DNA of 64,000 nt from Utricularia gibba (lineage: Eukaryota; Plantae; Magnoliophyta). Location: positions 1,612,001 through 1,676,000 of the forward strand of contig NEEC01000016.1 in NCBI GenBank assembly GCA_002189035.1. Reading direction: 5' to 3'. Shown one piece after another: positions 62,320 through 64,000 of this stretch (positions are counted from its first letter, which is position 1; every line of letters starts with the position of its first letter). The translations under genes and the position numbers were made by a program. The notes under the pieces were generated by a model. The model saw nothing but the letters and a program-made list of their open reading frames with translations. It made no database searches and was not told the origin of the DNA.

Positions 62320-63180
62320 TTCTATCTTGGAGGTCAATCAAATGTTTCCATCCAAAGAAGAAGCTTTAGACTTTGTTTCTGAATATTCAATGGGAGTATA
62401 AGATATATAAAAGTGATTCCAAGATGTTCGAGATTTAGTGTTATAGAGAGGCATATGATCCATATTGTCCTTGATGATGTGGAGTAGCTTATGTCAAAAG
62501 ATATAGGTTTTTCCAACGATTTGGAAAAAAAATCACGACTTCATAGGAATATGCAGCTGAGTTTAATTGCCAAACATAGAAAATCATACTTACTCGAGGA
62601 TGTTATGAAAGGTCTATCATTTGTCTCATTACATGTGTATGAAATATATGGATACAAGCTTGCATATCATAGGGCAGAAGTGGGCTATAATATTTTAAGC
62701 TTGTGATGAACTTGATATCAACCCCAATGATGCAGTTCCCCAATGGTATACCATATGGATGTTGGTTAAAACATATCAGCATCAATTCAATCCATTGTAG
62801 GATGAGATACAATGGCAGCCCACCATTCAATTTAGTGTATGATGAATCTCGAAAAAAAATTCTTGTGACACATCGTCCAAAAGAGAAATGCATTGAGGGG
62901 GAAATGGATCGAGGAAAGGCAACATAAAAGAAAAAGATAAAGGAAAAGAAAAAAAAAGATAAATGAAAAGAAAAAGTTGATGAACAATCAAAACTTCTAG
63001 TACTTTCTTCAAGACAAAGGCTTAATTCAATTGAACCTCATTGATCTATGCAAGAAACAACCTATTGCGAAACCAGTACAACCAGCTAGATTTTCTATTA
63101 AAGATGCTTCAAGGAATTCAGTTCTTGATACATTTGGAAGATTATTTGAGTAAAGTCATCGATAATCAAATTATAGGTAT
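62320..63180 (+). mobile_element. Degenerate Mutator-like (MuDR) transposase remnant
   Basis: LEVNQMFPSKEEALDFVSEYSM...YKIYKSD resembles the MuDR N-terminal domain; heavily broken. Confidence 0.5.
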
Positions 63181-63299
63181 GGGTGTGATATGAATCTTTT
63201 GTGTTATTTTATAATATTTTTAATGTATGACTATCTTCTCGTATTGTAATGATATATATTAGTATAATAGCCTTATTTTGTGTATTTTTTTTTGTTAAA

Positions 63300-63770
63300 T
63301 ATACTTACTTTGATATATATAATATTACACATAAAGTGAAGTACAAATAAAATTTTAAAATAAAAAACGGCACTCCATTTAAATAAAACCTAAGACTATA
63401 TTGATAATAAAAATTTAAAAAAAAAATACACTCTATCCAAAAAAGACCTAAACCCCTATTGATACTAAAAAAGTTAAAACAAAAGAAGTATACTTGATTC
63501 AAATAACACCTAAGAATTTACTGAAAATAAAATTTTGAAATTAAAAAAATACATTGGATCCAAATAATATCTAAGGATTGAATGAAAATACGATTTTACA
63601 ATAAAAAATGTAATCGATCCAAAAAATATCTAATAATCCATACAAATTTAAAATAAAAAAACTGTATTCGATATAAAGCTTTATTGATAACAAAAATTTA
63701 AAATAAAAAGAAACACTCCATCTAAATAAGATCAATATTGATAAAAAGAATTAAAATATAAAAAAATGTG
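63300..63770. repeat. Degenerate AT-rich tandem repeat, ~55-60-nt unit, about 8 copies
   Basis: Recurring aaaa(c/t)ac(t)ccat..aaataa..ccta...attgata..aaaaattt blocks. Confidence 0.6.
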
Positions 63771-63959
63771 TATACTGGTGTGAATAAGACTGCCCATAAG
63801 TTACCTTCCGCATGGCATGAGTTATCATAACCCACGAGGATCTTCTATTCAACCACACACGGGAACCCATGTCCGTGTGGAATTTCCTATACCCCTCAAC
63901 ATACTAACATAGCTAGTAATAGTATAATAAATTCTAACATGTAAAAAAATTCACATATG

Positions 63960-63962
<3 letters not shown>

Positions 63963-63999
<37 letters not shown>
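63963..63999. repeat. (TA)n microsatellite at the window end
   Basis: Direct read. Confidence 0.95.

Positions 64000-64000
<1 letters not shown>

Overview
Plant (eudicot) nuclear DNA: AT-rich, transposon-dense intergenic sequence around spliced genes with short introns. From left to right: a decayed PIF/Harbinger element; a GT-3-like trihelix transcription factor; a CDR1-like aspartic protease with two 1-nt frameshifts and a decayed tandem paralogue fragment; and a Copia retrotransposon whose gag is split by a ~14.3 kb insertion. That insertion holds plastid psi-ycf1/ndhF, ~1.6 kb of mitochondrion-like DNA, plastid ycf2-trnI-rpl23-rpl2-rps19-rpl22-rps3-rpl16-rpl14 and a solo LTR. Then come hAT/Copia/Gypsy debris and a compact gene island: pectin acetylesterase with a 1-nt frameshift, ClpP4, RPS30, an ALA1-like P4-ATPase and a GDSL lipase with a GC-AG intron. 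The window ends with a Gypsy solo LTR with a perfect TSD and MULE-like remnants. The two best leads are (i) the nested organellar mosaic, whose junctions carry direct repeats and whose removal rejoins the Copia gag in frame, and (ii) an unannotated ~44-bp-stem hairpin downstream of ALA1 that looks like a lineage-specific MIRNA precursor, possibly in a spliced antisense transcript. No CRISPR array or rRNA gene is present. All homology calls come from motif recognition by eye; no searches were run.
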